Assembly: GCA_047404135.1 (NCBI GenBank)
Contig: JBDOIT010000006.1
Location: 10,953-74,952, forward strand
Direction: 5' to 3'
From: Rickettsiales bacterium
Lineage (GTDB): Bacteria > Pseudomonadota > Alphaproteobacteria > Rickettsiales > JABSSG01
Length of the DNA stretch: 64,000 bases
Below, piece after piece: positions 1-9,765 of the stretch (positions are counted from its first letter, which is position 1; each line of letters begins with the position of its first letter). Both the position numbers and the translations under genes were made by a program. The notes under the pieces were generated by a model that was given only the letters and a program-made list of their open reading frames with translations, made no database searches and was not told the origin of the DNA.

Positions 1-1
1 A

Positions 2-634
2 TTTATGGCAGCTGCAATACATATGCATATGGCTGAATCACTAAGATCAGCGAGCATCAGTGGGAGCGAAGAAGATCAAGATAAGAAAGTAGGAACTAGA
101 TGGATTGTTAAAATAGATAAATCCTTCTACCCAGTGATCATAAAACCTGTAGCAGGTGGTTACAACATAAGAAATGAGAGCGACAGAATTAATGTGCGTA
201 GTGACTGGGTAATAGGAAATAAGATTTTCAGAGGTACAATTAATGGAACATCTACTGCTATTAGAATCGAGAATATATTAAATGGATATAAATTAACATA
301 TGCAGCACGTCAAGCAGAGATCCGCATATTATCTCCTAGAGTTGCAGAACTGGAGCAATTCATGCCGATCAAAGAATTTGTTGAAGACCATAAAACAATC
401 AAAGCTCCTTTGGCGGGTAAGATTTCTACTATACACATAGAAAAAGATCAGCTAGTAAAAGCAGGAGAAAAACTTCTGACCATTGAAGCTATGAAGATGG
501 AGAATGTTATCTCATCTACTAAAGAAGGAATAGTTGATGAAATCCATATAGAAGAAGGATCTAACGTCACAACAGACCAAGTAATGGTAAATCTGAAAGA
601 CAAAGAGGCGGATAACCAAAAAGAAGAATCTTAA
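2..634 (+). CDS. pccA: Propionyl/acetyl-CoA carboxylase alpha subunit, C-terminal part with the biotinyl (BCCP-like) domain. The 5' end lies outside the window.
   Basis: The open frame runs from the window edge. The C-terminal lipoyl/biotinyl fold carries the biotinylation motif EAMKMEN (LLTIEAMKMENVI). Confidence 0.8.
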   Translation, partial: FMAAAIHMHMAESLRSASISGSEEDQDKKVGTRWIVKIDKSFYPVIIKPVAGGYNIRNESDRINVRSDWVIGNKIFRGTINGTSTAIRIENILNGYKLTYAARQAEIRILSPRVAELEQFMPIKEFVEDHKTIKAPLAGKISTIHIEKDQLVKAGEKLLTIEAMKMENVISSTKEGIVDEIHIEEGSNVTTDQVMVNLKDKEADNQKEES

Positions 635-2424
635 ATTTCCTCAGTCTTCGTATCTTCTTTTGCATCATCATCTTGATCTACAAAACTATCGATCTCATAA
701 GGTTCCTGAGTAGGAACCTGCGAAGGTGGAAGTAACCGATCCTTAAAGAAGGAATCCTCGTAATATTTTATCTTTTTAGACTTTATAGGCGGGAAAGACT
801 CTATCAATAGTATCTGATCATCCTTCGGAAGCTGCATAACTTCCTGAGGCAATAGCAAAGCTCTTTGAGCTTGCGACACATTCATAGAGCGGCTGCCTGG
901 ATTAAAGTCTAAGAATTTTGGCTTACTATGAGAAATAGATTCAACGGTCTTATTACCACATAATTGAGAAATCAAATTTGCTGTTTCCACATTGTTTGCA
1001 GAGAATGTAATACGGTATGTAGAGTTTGACAAAAAGGAGTTCATACCAGCCTCTTCATATATACCTTTAAGCTGCTGAGTATCCTGAATAATCAAAAATA
1101 GCCTCACATTATATCCACGGAAATATGCTATACCAGCCTTAAACGCATCCATCTTACCAAGAGTTGGAAATTCATCCATTAAAAATAGAACTCCATAAGG
1201 CTCCTCTGCTTTATTAGGAATTTTCCTTGTCATGAAGTCAGTTGCTTGTTGATAAAATATCTGCATTAAATTTTCTAAACGCTTGATATTATCTGGAGTT
1301 AGACCAACATATACTGTTATTTTTTTCTTTTTTAATGTTTGGAAATCAAAATCGCTCGTAGCAGTTGCCGTATCAATTAGAGGGTTTGCCCATAATTCTA
1401 AAGCTGAATTCAATGTAGAAATAACACCAGACCTTTCTTTATCTGCTTTTTGTAGGAATGCAGCAATGTTCATATAAGCAACAGGATGCAAATACTCTCC
1501 TATAGTATCCAATGCAACAGCTAGATTATAGGCAACATCATCGCTTCTCATTGTACGCACAGTTTCACCAAAAGAAGTGGGTTTCTCAGGAACGGCAATT
1601 AAATAGAGTACTACCGCCACGAATAGACTGCGTGCCTCATTCGTCCAGAACTCCCTCTGAGGTAAAATCAAATTCCCTATTTTCTGAACATCGTCCACCA
1701 TCTGGCCAGGCTTGTTACTAATCCAATCTAGCGGGTTATAACAATGTGTATGACCATCTGGATCTGCAGGAGCCCACACATAACATTTTTGCCCCATTTT
1801 TTCACGCCACCCACTTGTAAGCTCATAGTTCTCAAGTTTAATATCATGCACAACACAAGATTCTTCCCAAAAAAGCATATTAGGAATCACAAACCCCACA
1901 CCCTTACCAGAACCTGTAGGTGCAAAGAGCAAGGAATGCTGGTAACCGCTTGATACAAAATATCCATTCTTATCTTGACCTAACAACACTCCGCTTTTAG
2001 AACGAAGATTAGCACGCTCTAGATCTCTTTTACTTGCCCATTTTGCATCACCATGGATCTTCTCTCCCTCCTCAAAAGGACTCCAATCCTCTAGATTATG
2101 GTAGTTCTTAGCTAAAATAAATATAGCAATACCAAAAGATAAAACAGTAGATCCGTAAAGCTTCGAAATAAAAAATCCATGGGATGAAAAATCTACTATA
2201 GTTTTATTGTCTATCATCCACTGGGTATAGTAGGCAAGTTGTTTCACAAAAAATATTACTAGAGAGACATTGCGCTGAATGTAAGCAGAGTCAAATTTAG
2301 CTGCCTCTAATAGATCAGTTCCATAAGCAAGAACCATAAATAAAGCACCAGCAAAATACAAAGCAACCAATGAGCCCAGTAAAACTACAAACATCTTAAA
2401 AACTAAATTCTTTATGTCATTCAT
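631..2424 (-). CDS. virD4: Type IV secretion coupling protein VirD4 (TraG/VirD4 family)
   Basis: N-terminal TM helices. Walker A FAPTGSGKGVGFVIPN, Walker B-like VLFLMDEFPTLG, acidic C-terminal tail (DQDDDAKEDTKTEEI). Last gene of the virB8-B11 string. Confidence 0.92.
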   Translation of the reverse strand: MNDIKNLVFKMFVVLLGSLVALYFAGALFMVLAYGTDLLEAAKFDSAYIQRNVSLVIFFVKQLAYYTQWMIDNKTIVDFSSHGFFISKLYGSTVLSFGIAIFILAKNYHNLEDWSPFEEGEKIHGDAKWASKRDLERANLRSKSGVLLGQDKNGYFVSSGYQHSLLFAPTGSGKGVGFVIPNMLFWEESCVVHDIKLENYELTSGWREKMGQKCYVWAPADPDGHTHCYNPLDWISNKPGQMVDDVQKIGNLILPQREFWTNEARSLFVAVVLYLIAVPEKPTSFGETVRTMRSDDVAYNLAVALDTIGEYLHPVAYMNIAAFLQKADKERSGVISTLNSALELWANPLIDTATATSDFDFQTLKKKKITVYVGLTPDNIKRLENLMQIFYQQATDFMTRKIPNKAEEPYGVLFLMDEFPTLGKMDAFKAGIAYFRGYNVRLFLIIQDTQQLKGIYEEAGMNSFLSNSTYRITFSANNVETANLISQLCGNKTVESISHSKPKFLDFNPGSRSMNVSQAQRALLLPQEVMQLPKDDQILLIESFPPIKSKKIKYYEDSFFKDRLLPPSQVPTQEPYEIDSFVDQDDDAKEDTKTEEI

Positions 2425-2426
2425 CT

Positions 2427-3437
2427 TTATTTCTTTATTCCTTTCCTATTTGGATCACTTTTAAAATATATCTCTGATACATAACGTATCCCCTTTTCTG
2501 CTCTTTTCAACTGAACTACTACGTCTACAACCGATGTTATATAACTCCTCACTTCTTCAGGAGGCATCCCTAAACCCGCTTGCATGACCATCATCTTTAA
2601 TTGCTCTATAGCCATTATTGGACTATCCGCATGAACGGTTGAAATAGAACCAGGGTGACCTGTGTTAATCGCCCTCAAAAAACTAAAAGCCTCTTTACCT
2701 CTAATCTCACCCACAATAATTCTACTCGGCCTTAACCTCAAACATGCCTCTATTAAATCTTGAGTGGTTACATTTGCTCGTCCTTGGCCACCTTTGGATG
2801 CTAATAGATGAACTTTATTAGGATGGTCAGGAAGGTGTACCTCTCGTGCATCTTCGCATGTGATAAGCCTTTCATCTTTAGGTATTTCAAGCAAAGCAGC
2901 GTTGGTGAATGTCGTTTTACCAGTTGATGTACCTCCACTAATAATAATATTTTTCTTTGCCTTCACAGCGGTTGATAGAAACTCTTTTATTTTCTTCTTC
3001 TTTAGATATTCCAATAAAATCTTGTCTGCGGGATTTACAACTTCCCCTGTTGAAGTTTGAGAAAAGGCACCAGACTTATCATAATCCTCTAAAGTAAGCT
3101 TTACTTGAGTACCCTTTCTTATAGAAAGAGCAACGCCACCTATCCCAGCTGCTGGAGGGAAAACCACCTGTATTCGATAACCATTCGGAAGTGTAGCAGA
3201 AAGCAAGGGGTATTCTTCGCTTACCATTTGTTCCGTAGATTGAGCAACCAACTTACCAAGATTCTTGAGATGCTCAAAGTCCAATTCAGGCACCGTCTCC
3301 ATCCTCATCTCACCACGATTCTCTATCCAAACTTCTCCTGGTTTGTTCACAGAAATTTCAGAAACACCTTCCTCTGCAAAAATAGCATGAAATGGTAATA
3401 GAAATGTTTCTAAAGCAGCATAATTTACTGTCATCAC
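2427..3437 (-). CDS. virB11: Type IV secretion ATPase VirB11
   Basis: Walker A ISGGTSTGKTTF, RPSRIIVGEIRG, His-box GHPGSISTVHA. 336 aa, located between virB10 and virD4. Confidence 0.92.
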   Translation of the reverse strand: MMTVNYAALETFLLPFHAIFAEEGVSEISVNKPGEVWIENRGEMRMETVPELDFEHLKNLGKLVAQSTEQMVSEEYPLLSATLPNGYRIQVVFPPAAGIGGVALSIRKGTQVKLTLEDYDKSGAFSQTSTGEVVNPADKILLEYLKKKKIKEFLSTAVKAKKNIIISGGTSTGKTTFTNAALLEIPKDERLITCEDAREVHLPDHPNKVHLLASKGGQGRANVTTQDLIEACLRLRPSRIIVGEIRGKEAFSFLRAINTGHPGSISTVHADSPIMAIEQLKMMVMQAGLGMPPEEVRSYITSVVDVVVQLKRAEKGIRYVSEIYFKSDPNRKGIKK

Positions 3438-4906
3438 TTTAATATATCAACTCCGGTAGAAATATTCTTAGGAAATTGTATGTCAGAATTAACAAAAATT
3501 TTCACAATAGTACCCTGGTCAACTTCAATATATGGCTTACTTGTGAAGTTATCTGTTACCCATTGTTTAATTGAACTAGATGTATCCTGCAGAGCTTGCT
3601 TAGCAGCTTGCTGAGTTGGACTAGATGTAGAATTAGTTGTTTGAGTTCCATCAGCAGCCACCGTGCTTGTAGTAGTATTGGAACCAAGTTTAAACTCTTT
3701 CTCCATAATTTCGGCCAAACCAATATTAATCGCACTTAGTAATGCTATATTACCCAAAGAATTCCACAATTGCCTATTAACTATACCTTCAATCCCTACG
3801 CCACCTAGGTTGCTGACTCCCGGTGCATCTTCGACTTTAATATCATATCCAGAAGGAAGTATTATACGATTCCATTTTATAAGCAACCTTGTCTGGCCAG
3901 CTTGATATCCCCCAGCGATCTCCCCAATAACCCTAGAACCCTTAGCTATCAAAACATTTCTTCCTTTTTCTGAATATACATCTTTACTAACCAAAGCTCT
4001 AATTGGACCAGGGTAATTTGTGTTCACAGGTGTTTCTAACACAGTTTCAATAATCTTTCCCTGCGTTATTATAGAAGACATTTGGCCAACTTTTGTTAAT
4101 TTTGACAAAGGAGCTGAACTAGCTTCTGCAATATAATCAAAATCTGCATCTCTTGAAGAATTTTGTGCAGAAGACTTGTCTTTTCCTCCGGATCCGCCTA
4201 TCAACATTGAGGATTTCAACCTAGAAGATGCTCGCTCTTTTCTTTTTTCGACAGACTCTGTCTTGATATTCGGTTTTTCTGGACTACCAGTAAGTGCTTT
4301 AGAAAAATCTGGCTTAGGTAAAACTTTCTGCTGCACTTGCTTTGTTGGAGCAGATACAATTTTTGGTGGAACAGGATAACGCTTCACTGCTATAGCCTTA
4401 TTTTTCTTTTCTTTTTCAGCAATCATTTTTTTTGCTTTTTCAGCAATCATTTTATCCATTTTTTCCTTAGCTTTCACAGGGTCTATTGCAACATCATATG
4501 ACGGCGCAAAAGATGTAGAGCCTGAGATTACAGGGGCCTGAACATCAGAGCTTCTTTCTTTTTTTCTTTTTGATAAAATTGTATCCTGCGAAAAATTTGG
4601 CAACTTAGAAGATCCACTATAAAGAAAATAATACATCAACCCACCTATGGTACCAACTAATGCAAGCAGTATCATGATGCTTTGCTTTGGATCCTTACTG
4701 ACAGAAGACTTAAATCGAGACAATTGAGAAGAATCCCCTTGGTCCTCTGTAGTATACTCTTCCTTCAGATCCTCAGCATCGTCAAAGTCTTGGCCCACAT
4801 CTGATTCATCAGCAAAATCAGATCCCGCCCCTGCAGAAGGGTTGCCTTCCTGATCCAATTCATCTTCTGCCTCTTCAAAGCCGTCCTTGTTCTCATCACC
4901 CTTCAT
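3434..4906 (-). CDS. virB10: Type IV secretion protein VirB10 (TrbI domain)
   Basis: Acidic N-terminus, one TM (IMILLALVGTIGGLMYYFLY), Lys-rich linker. C-terminal TrbI/VirB10 barrel region (GYQAGQTRLLIKWNRIILPSGYDIKV...GVGIEGIVNRQ). 4-nt ATGA overlap with virB11. Confidence 0.9.
   Translation of the reverse strand: MKGDENKDGFEEAEDELDQEGNPSAGAGSDFADESDVGQDFDDAEDLKEEYTTEDQGDSSQLSRFKSSVSKDPKQSIMILLALVGTIGGLMYYFLYSGSSKLPNFSQDTILSKRKKERSSDVQAPVISGSTSFAPSYDVAIDPVKAKEKMDKMIAEKAKKMIAEKEKKNKAIAVKRYPVPPKIVSAPTKQVQQKVLPKPDFSKALTGSPEKPNIKTESVEKRKERASSRLKSSMLIGGSGGKDKSSAQNSSRDADFDYIAEASSAPLSKLTKVGQMSSIITQGKIIETVLETPVNTNYPGPIRALVSKDVYSEKGRNVLIAKGSRVIGEIAGGYQAGQTRLLIKWNRIILPSGYDIKVEDAPGVSNLGGVGIEGIVNRQLWNSLGNIALLSAINIGLAEIMEKEFKLGSNTTTSTVAADGTQTTNSTSSPTQQAAKQALQDTSSSIKQWVTDNFTSKPYIEVDQGTIVKIFVNSDIQFPKNISTGVDILK
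4411..4458 (-). repeat. 24-bp direct tandem duplication inside the virB10 linker
   Basis: ctttttcagcaatcatttt occurs at 4411-4429 and again at 4435-4453 (period 24). It encodes KMIAEKAKKMIAEKEKK. Confidence 0.6.
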
Positions 4907-5328
4907 TAGTTATACCTTTCTTGCGGAGGATAAAAAAATCTAATTACATACGCCATATCAGAATTATTTTGCTCTTCAGATTTTGAAGCTATGTCAAACT
5001 GATATGTGCGCAAATTAGTGATTATAGTCATATTTGTTCTAACATTATTCTCCATAGGTTTGATAAACAACCTATTACCTATAGGAGTCATGTTCCAGGA
5101 ATAGCTGTCACCAAGTGATAATGTCTTAATACGCTCACCTTTTTCAAACTCAATACTTGATTGGAAACCAGTATTGATTAGCACTAAATACACATCATTC
5201 TGGTTATATACATATGTTTTGATCCTACTATCTGTTGCAATAGGAACATCAGCAAATGCACTGCTCAGATTCATACAAAGCAAAATGACACATGCTATTT
5301 TCTTATACATACTACTAACCCACATCAT
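4906..5328 (-). CDS. virB9: Truncated VirB9 (N-terminal VirB9/CagX/TrbG domain only, 134-140 aa)
   Basis: Signal peptide MYKKIACVILLCMNLSSAFA, then a VirB9 N-domain-like beta region (YVYNQNDVYLV...TYQFDI). It ends where the VirB9 C-terminal domain would start. The real start may be the ATG at 5310 (MYKK...) rather than 5328. 1-nt TAATG overlap with virB10. Confidence 0.8.
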   Translation of the reverse strand: MMWVSSMYKKIACVILLCMNLSSAFADVPIATDSRIKTYVYNQNDVYLVLINTGFQSSIEFEKGERIKTLSLGDSYSWNMTPIGNRLFIKPMENNVRTNMTIITNLRTYQFDIASKSEEQNNSDMAYVIRFFYPPQERYN

Positions 5329-6007
5329 CTGAAATTGAATAGGCTTTAACTTGAAAACCTAAAGGATTTACTGTTCTGTCCTCAAAACTTAGATTCAGCT
5401 CTACATAGCTCCAATCCAATGCAACTATTTTATTTTGAACTTTTCTAGTGCCACCCTGCTCTACGATAGAAAATCTTATCTGCGCCTTGTTATCCGTAGG
5501 AGATATCTTCAAAAATTGAACAGATCTGATTTTTAAATTCGTACTATTATTAGCTCCATAGATAGAAATTGGATTGGTAGAAGGATTATTTAAAGAACTC
5601 TTAAACTGACTATAAACACCAGAAGAAGACATTAGTCTAGTAACAATGTTATAGTTGTGAGCGTATGAGGAAATATTGTAAGTCTCCCTTGCTCTCAGAT
5701 AATTCACAAGGAAATAAGTGTTTATTGATTTATCTGTAGTCCACCTTTCGTCTAACCTAGGGTTTACAAGCGTTGTAAACCCTGTATTGTCCTCAACCTG
5801 AACCACTAGAGGCTCAATCGTCTTGCTCAATGTCACCTTTGAAATAAATATCACAGAAATCACCGTTGCAACCAACGCAGTAATAGATAGAAAAAACAGC
5901 ATATTTCTCTGAACGGCTATAGATTGATATCTATCTGCATACCAATTCTGGTTTGCCCCATTATTATCAGAATCTTTTCCTTTCGAAAATAACCCCATAT
6001 GCCCCAA
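5315..6007 (-). CDS. virB8: Type IV secretion protein VirB8
   Basis: Bitopic layout: cytoplasmic N-terminus, TM LFFLSITALVATVISVIFI, periplasmic NTF2-like domain with YLRARETYN. Sits directly upstream of virB9. Confidence 0.8.
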   Translation of the reverse strand: MGHMGLFSKGKDSDNNGANQNWYADRYQSIAVQRNMLFFLSITALVATVISVIFISKVTLSKTIEPLVVQVEDNTGFTTLVNPRLDERWTTDKSINTYFLVNYLRARETYNISSYAHNYNIVTRLMSSSGVYSQFKSSLNNPSTNPISIYGANNSTNLKIRSVQFLKISPTDNKAQIRFSIVEQGGTRKVQNKIVALDWSYVELNLSFEDRTVNPLGFQVKAYSISDDVG

Positions 6008-6124
6008 TTGAACCTTAAGTAGAAACTCTTACAGTAAAAATATACCACAAAAATATCCTTGAGAACAATCTTAAGTACTCTATGCTGCAAAACATTACAA
6101 ACTATAGAATTATTGTTGCAAAAA

Positions 6125-7786
6125 TTAGATTTTTTCTAGCTCTTTGATATCTCCACCACTAAGAGAAAGAATTTTATCGCACGAATTAAGAAAATTAGAC
6201 CTATGAGATATTATTAAAACAGTCCTATTTTTCATCAATGAATCCAAGGATTTATATACTATTTTGGTATTATCCTCATCCAGGTTGCTAGTAGCCTCAT
6301 CTAGTACAAGAATCTTAGGGTCTTTCAGTATAGCTCTAGCTATAGATATTCTCTGCCTCTGCCCGCCGGAAAGCTGGACTCCTTTCTCTCCTAAATGAGT
6401 CTCGTATTGGCGTGGCAATGTCATAATAAAATCGTGAATATTTGCGATTTTTGCTGCTTCCACCACCTCTTCTTTTGTAGACCCAGGATGACCGTAAGAG
6501 ATATTAAATAACACTGTATTAGAAAAAATCAAAGTCTCCTGAGAAACAACACCTATCAATCTTCTAATTTCTGAGACACCAATATCCCGAATACTTATTC
6601 CTCCTATTAAAATCTTACCCGACCTTGGCTTATAGAATCCCAATAACAAATCGACAATTGTTGTTTTCCCAGAACCTGATCTACCTGACAGAACAACTCT
6701 ATGACCCTCTTGTACTAGGAAAGAAACATTACTAAGAACCTCCTTCTCTGGCCTTGTTGGATAAACAAAAGAAACATTCTCAAATTCAATCTGAGAATTC
6801 TCATTTATTAACTCACTTCTGGAAACATATTTATTACTTTTTTCTACAGAATACAGCTCCGTAATCCTTTCTGCGGCTCCAGATGCTTTGTTAATGTCAC
6901 TTATAACCTCTGACATACCCCCCATTGAGGAGGCAACAACTATTGAGTAAAATATAAAAGAAACAAGATCTCCAGATGTCATAATTCCATCTAAAACATA
7001 TCCCATTCCAACCCAAAGAACTGAAAGTGTAGATATAGATGATACGCCCATCACAAGAGCAATCAATGTAGATCTCTTAAAGCTTCTATGCATCACAGAC
7101 CTTAGATACTCAGAGGACGTTATATTCATTTGTTTGTTCTCAAAATCCTCTGCGTTGTTCAGCTGAACAGTTTTTATGCCAGCAAGAGTTTCCTCGATAT
7201 GAGATGCAATTCGAGATAGTTTATATTGAGAATCTTTAGAGGCCACCTTTAGTTTTTTAGACAAAAGTATAATTGGTAATATAACAGCTGGAATAGCAGC
7301 GACCACATAAAAAGTAAGAGTGGCATTCGTAATAAGCAAAAGAGTCACTCCACCTACTAGCATAATTATATTTCTTAAGAAAAACGAGAATACAGATGTA
7401 ATAACATTTTGAATAAACTGCGTGTCATTAGTCAATCTTGATACAATATCCGCAACATTATTATATTCAAAATACGAAACAGAAGCATACAAAAGCTTCT
7501 TATAGACATCTCGATTTACATCTACTGAAACTTTTTCACATATTTCGGTAATAAAATACGACCTAGTGGCACTAGCAGTAGCTAAAACCAATAGTATGAC
7601 CGCAAGAGAAGCGGCCATCTTATTGATATCAGCCCCACTGACCCCCTCATTTACAAAATATCTAACTGCTACTCCGATACTTAACACAGATCCAGCAGAG
7701 ATCAATAGCGCTAAAAACACTAATGATAATTTAAACTTATAGTTTTTGAGGTATGAACCTAGAAAAATAAGATTTCCACTACGCAT
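6125..7786 (-). CDS. ABC exporter, fused permease/ATPase (MsbA/MdlB-like)
   Basis: Six predicted TM helices, then Walker A GRSGSGKTT, signature LSGGQRQRISIARA, Walker B ILVLDEATSNLD. Confidence 0.85.
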   Translation of the reverse strand: MRSGNLIFLGSYLKNYKFKLSLVFLALLISAGSVLSIGVAVRYFVNEGVSGADINKMAASLAVILLVLATASATRSYFITEICEKVSVDVNRDVYKKLLYASVSYFEYNNVADIVSRLTNDTQFIQNVITSVFSFFLRNIIMLVGGVTLLLITNATLTFYVVAAIPAVILPIILLSKKLKVASKDSQYKLSRIASHIEETLAGIKTVQLNNAEDFENKQMNITSSEYLRSVMHRSFKRSTLIALVMGVSSISTLSVLWVGMGYVLDGIMTSGDLVSFIFYSIVVASSMGGMSEVISDINKASGAAERITELYSVEKSNKYVSRSELINENSQIEFENVSFVYPTRPEKEVLSNVSFLVQEGHRVVLSGRSGSGKTTIVDLLLGFYKPRSGKILIGGISIRDIGVSEIRRLIGVVSQETLIFSNTVLFNISYGHPGSTKEEVVEAAKIANIHDFIMTLPRQYETHLGEKGVQLSGGQRQRISIARAILKDPKILVLDEATSNLDEDNTKIVYKSLDSLMKNRTVLIISHRSNFLNSCDKILSLSGGDIKELEKI

Positions 7787-7871
7787 TACAATTTTAATAC
7801 TTCCTGTATTGTCTTTACTTAAATTATATGTTTAATCTATGATCTAAATATACTTTAGAAATGTTTTAGAT

Positions 7872-9698
7872 ATGAACAAGATAAAGTCTTTTATAGAGAA
7901 AGTAAAAAGATTTTTAGTTACAGCGCTAACCAAAAGCCGCACCAAGAAAATTCTATTTATAAAATATATAATTTTTTCTGTAGTTCTCTTTCTTACGATA
8001 TTCTTAGGATACGTACTCTATTTATTTAATAACCTTCCTAATATTGAATCATTATCTCAACCCCAGAAAAGACAGAAAATAGTACTATTAGACAATAAAG
8101 GTGAAATTTTATCCATCTATGGTGATATGCATAGCAATTACATGCATTACTATGAAATACCTCGAAACCTAATAAATGCTGTAGTCGCTACAGAGGACAG
8201 AAAATTTTTTCAACATTTTGGAATAGATACAATGGGAATCTTGAGAGCTGCTGTTACAAATTTACAAGCAGGGAGGACCGTGCAAGGAGGAAGTACTATT
8301 TCTCAGCAATTAGCAAAGATCTCTTTCTTGAGCTCAGAAAGAACATTAAAAAGAAAACTAAAAGAAGCTTTGCTGGCATTCGAGATTGAAAACAGATATA
8401 GCAAACAAGAAATCATGGAGATCTATTTAAATAAGGTATACTTAGGATCTGGAATATTTGGAGTATCCGCAGCTGCAAAATATTATTTTGCAAAAAACAT
8501 ACAAGATTTAAACCTATATGAGTGCGCTATATTAGCAGGATTGCTCAAATCCCCCTCACGGTTTTCACCAAAAAACAATAGAGATCTAAGCGGAAACAGA
8601 GCCTACCAAATACTAATCAACATGCACGATGCTGGTTTCATAAATAAAATACAACTTGACAATGCAAAAAACAAATCAGTAATTCTCAACACTAAGCTTC
8701 TAGGGTCAGTAAAGAAAGATTTCTTCACAAATCATATATACGAACAAACGTTCCGATATATAAATCCAAAAGAATCAAGCAACCTTACTGTCAGGACAAC
8801 ATTTGATACACATATACAAAATATCGCGACACAGGAGTTGAAGAGGCAATCAAGGGTGTTACAAAGAAGCAGAAACGGATCCGAAGGAGCTATAATTATC
8901 ATGGATCACCAAGGCGATATCTTAAGTATGGTTGGAGGAGTAGATTTCTATAAAAGCAGTTTCAACAGAGCAATTAATGCATATCGCCCCACAGGTTCTA
9001 TTTTTAAAACCATTGTATATACAGCTGCTATCGAAAAAGGATTTTTACCTACGGATGTAGTTGAAGATAAAGAACTGCAATATGGCGAATGGTCTCCACG
9101 AAATTTCAACAGAACATTTTTAGGAAAAGTCAGCCTAGAAGAAGCTTTCCGAAAATCTTTAAACACTATACCAGTACAACTAATGCAAAAAATTGGAATA
9201 AATAACGTGGTAAGAACAGCTAGGGAATTAGGTATAAAATCTAAGATATACCACAACCTGTCTTCTTCTCTAGGTAGCTCTTCTGCGAACCTTATAGAGA
9301 TGACCACAGCTTATGCGATTATTGCCAATAATGGACTTGCAGTTGCCCCAAAATCTATAGAGTCTATAAGAAACAACCTAAATGAACAGGTTCTTTATAA
9401 TCCAAAAATGAATAGTAGAAAACGAGTTGTATCCGAAGATACAATCGAGCATATGAAAATGCTATTAAGAAGAGCGGTGGTTGATGGAAGCGCAAGAAGA
9501 GCGTTATCTAGCTTCAAAGTCAGCGGAAAAACCGGAACATCACAAGATTACAGAGATGCTTGGTTTGTTGGGTACACTGACCAGCATGTGATCGGTGTAT
9601 GGATTGGGAATGATGATTTCTCACCCATGAAATATGTAACTGGAAGCACTTTTCCCACTGTTATAGCTAGAAATATCTTAAGAAAGATAACGCGCTAA
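7872..9698 (+). CDS. mrcA: Bifunctional penicillin-binding protein 1A (glycosyltransferase 51 + transpeptidase)
   Basis: GT51 motifs EDRKFFQHFGID and RTVQGGSTISQQLAK. Transpeptidase motifs SIFK (SxxK), SLN (SxN), KTGTS. Confidence 0.9.
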   Translation: MNKIKSFIEKVKRFLVTALTKSRTKKILFIKYIIFSVVLFLTIFLGYVLYLFNNLPNIESLSQPQKRQKIVLLDNKGEILSIYGDMHSNYMHYYEIPRNLINAVVATEDRKFFQHFGIDTMGILRAAVTNLQAGRTVQGGSTISQQLAKISFLSSERTLKRKLKEALLAFEIENRYSKQEIMEIYLNKVYLGSGIFGVSAAAKYYFAKNIQDLNLYECAILAGLLKSPSRFSPKNNRDLSGNRAYQILINMHDAGFINKIQLDNAKNKSVILNTKLLGSVKKDFFTNHIYEQTFRYINPKESSNLTVRTTFDTHIQNIATQELKRQSRVLQRSRNGSEGAIIIMDHQGDILSMVGGVDFYKSSFNRAINAYRPTGSIFKTIVYTAAIEKGFLPTDVVEDKELQYGEWSPRNFNRTFLGKVSLEEAFRKSLNTIPVQLMQKIGINNVVRTARELGIKSKIYHNLSSSLGSSSANLIEMTTAYAIIANNGLAVAPKSIESIRNNLNEQVLYNPKMNSRKRVVSEDTIEHMKMLLRRAVVDGSARRALSSFKVSGKTGTSQDYRDAWFVGYTDQHVIGVWIGNDDFSPMKYVTGSTFPTVIARNILRKITR

Positions 9699-9765
9699 GA
9701 GCGTTGCAGTTAACGTAAATTTAATTTTTTCTCTATAGAATTGCATGGATTGACTGGTAAGAACG

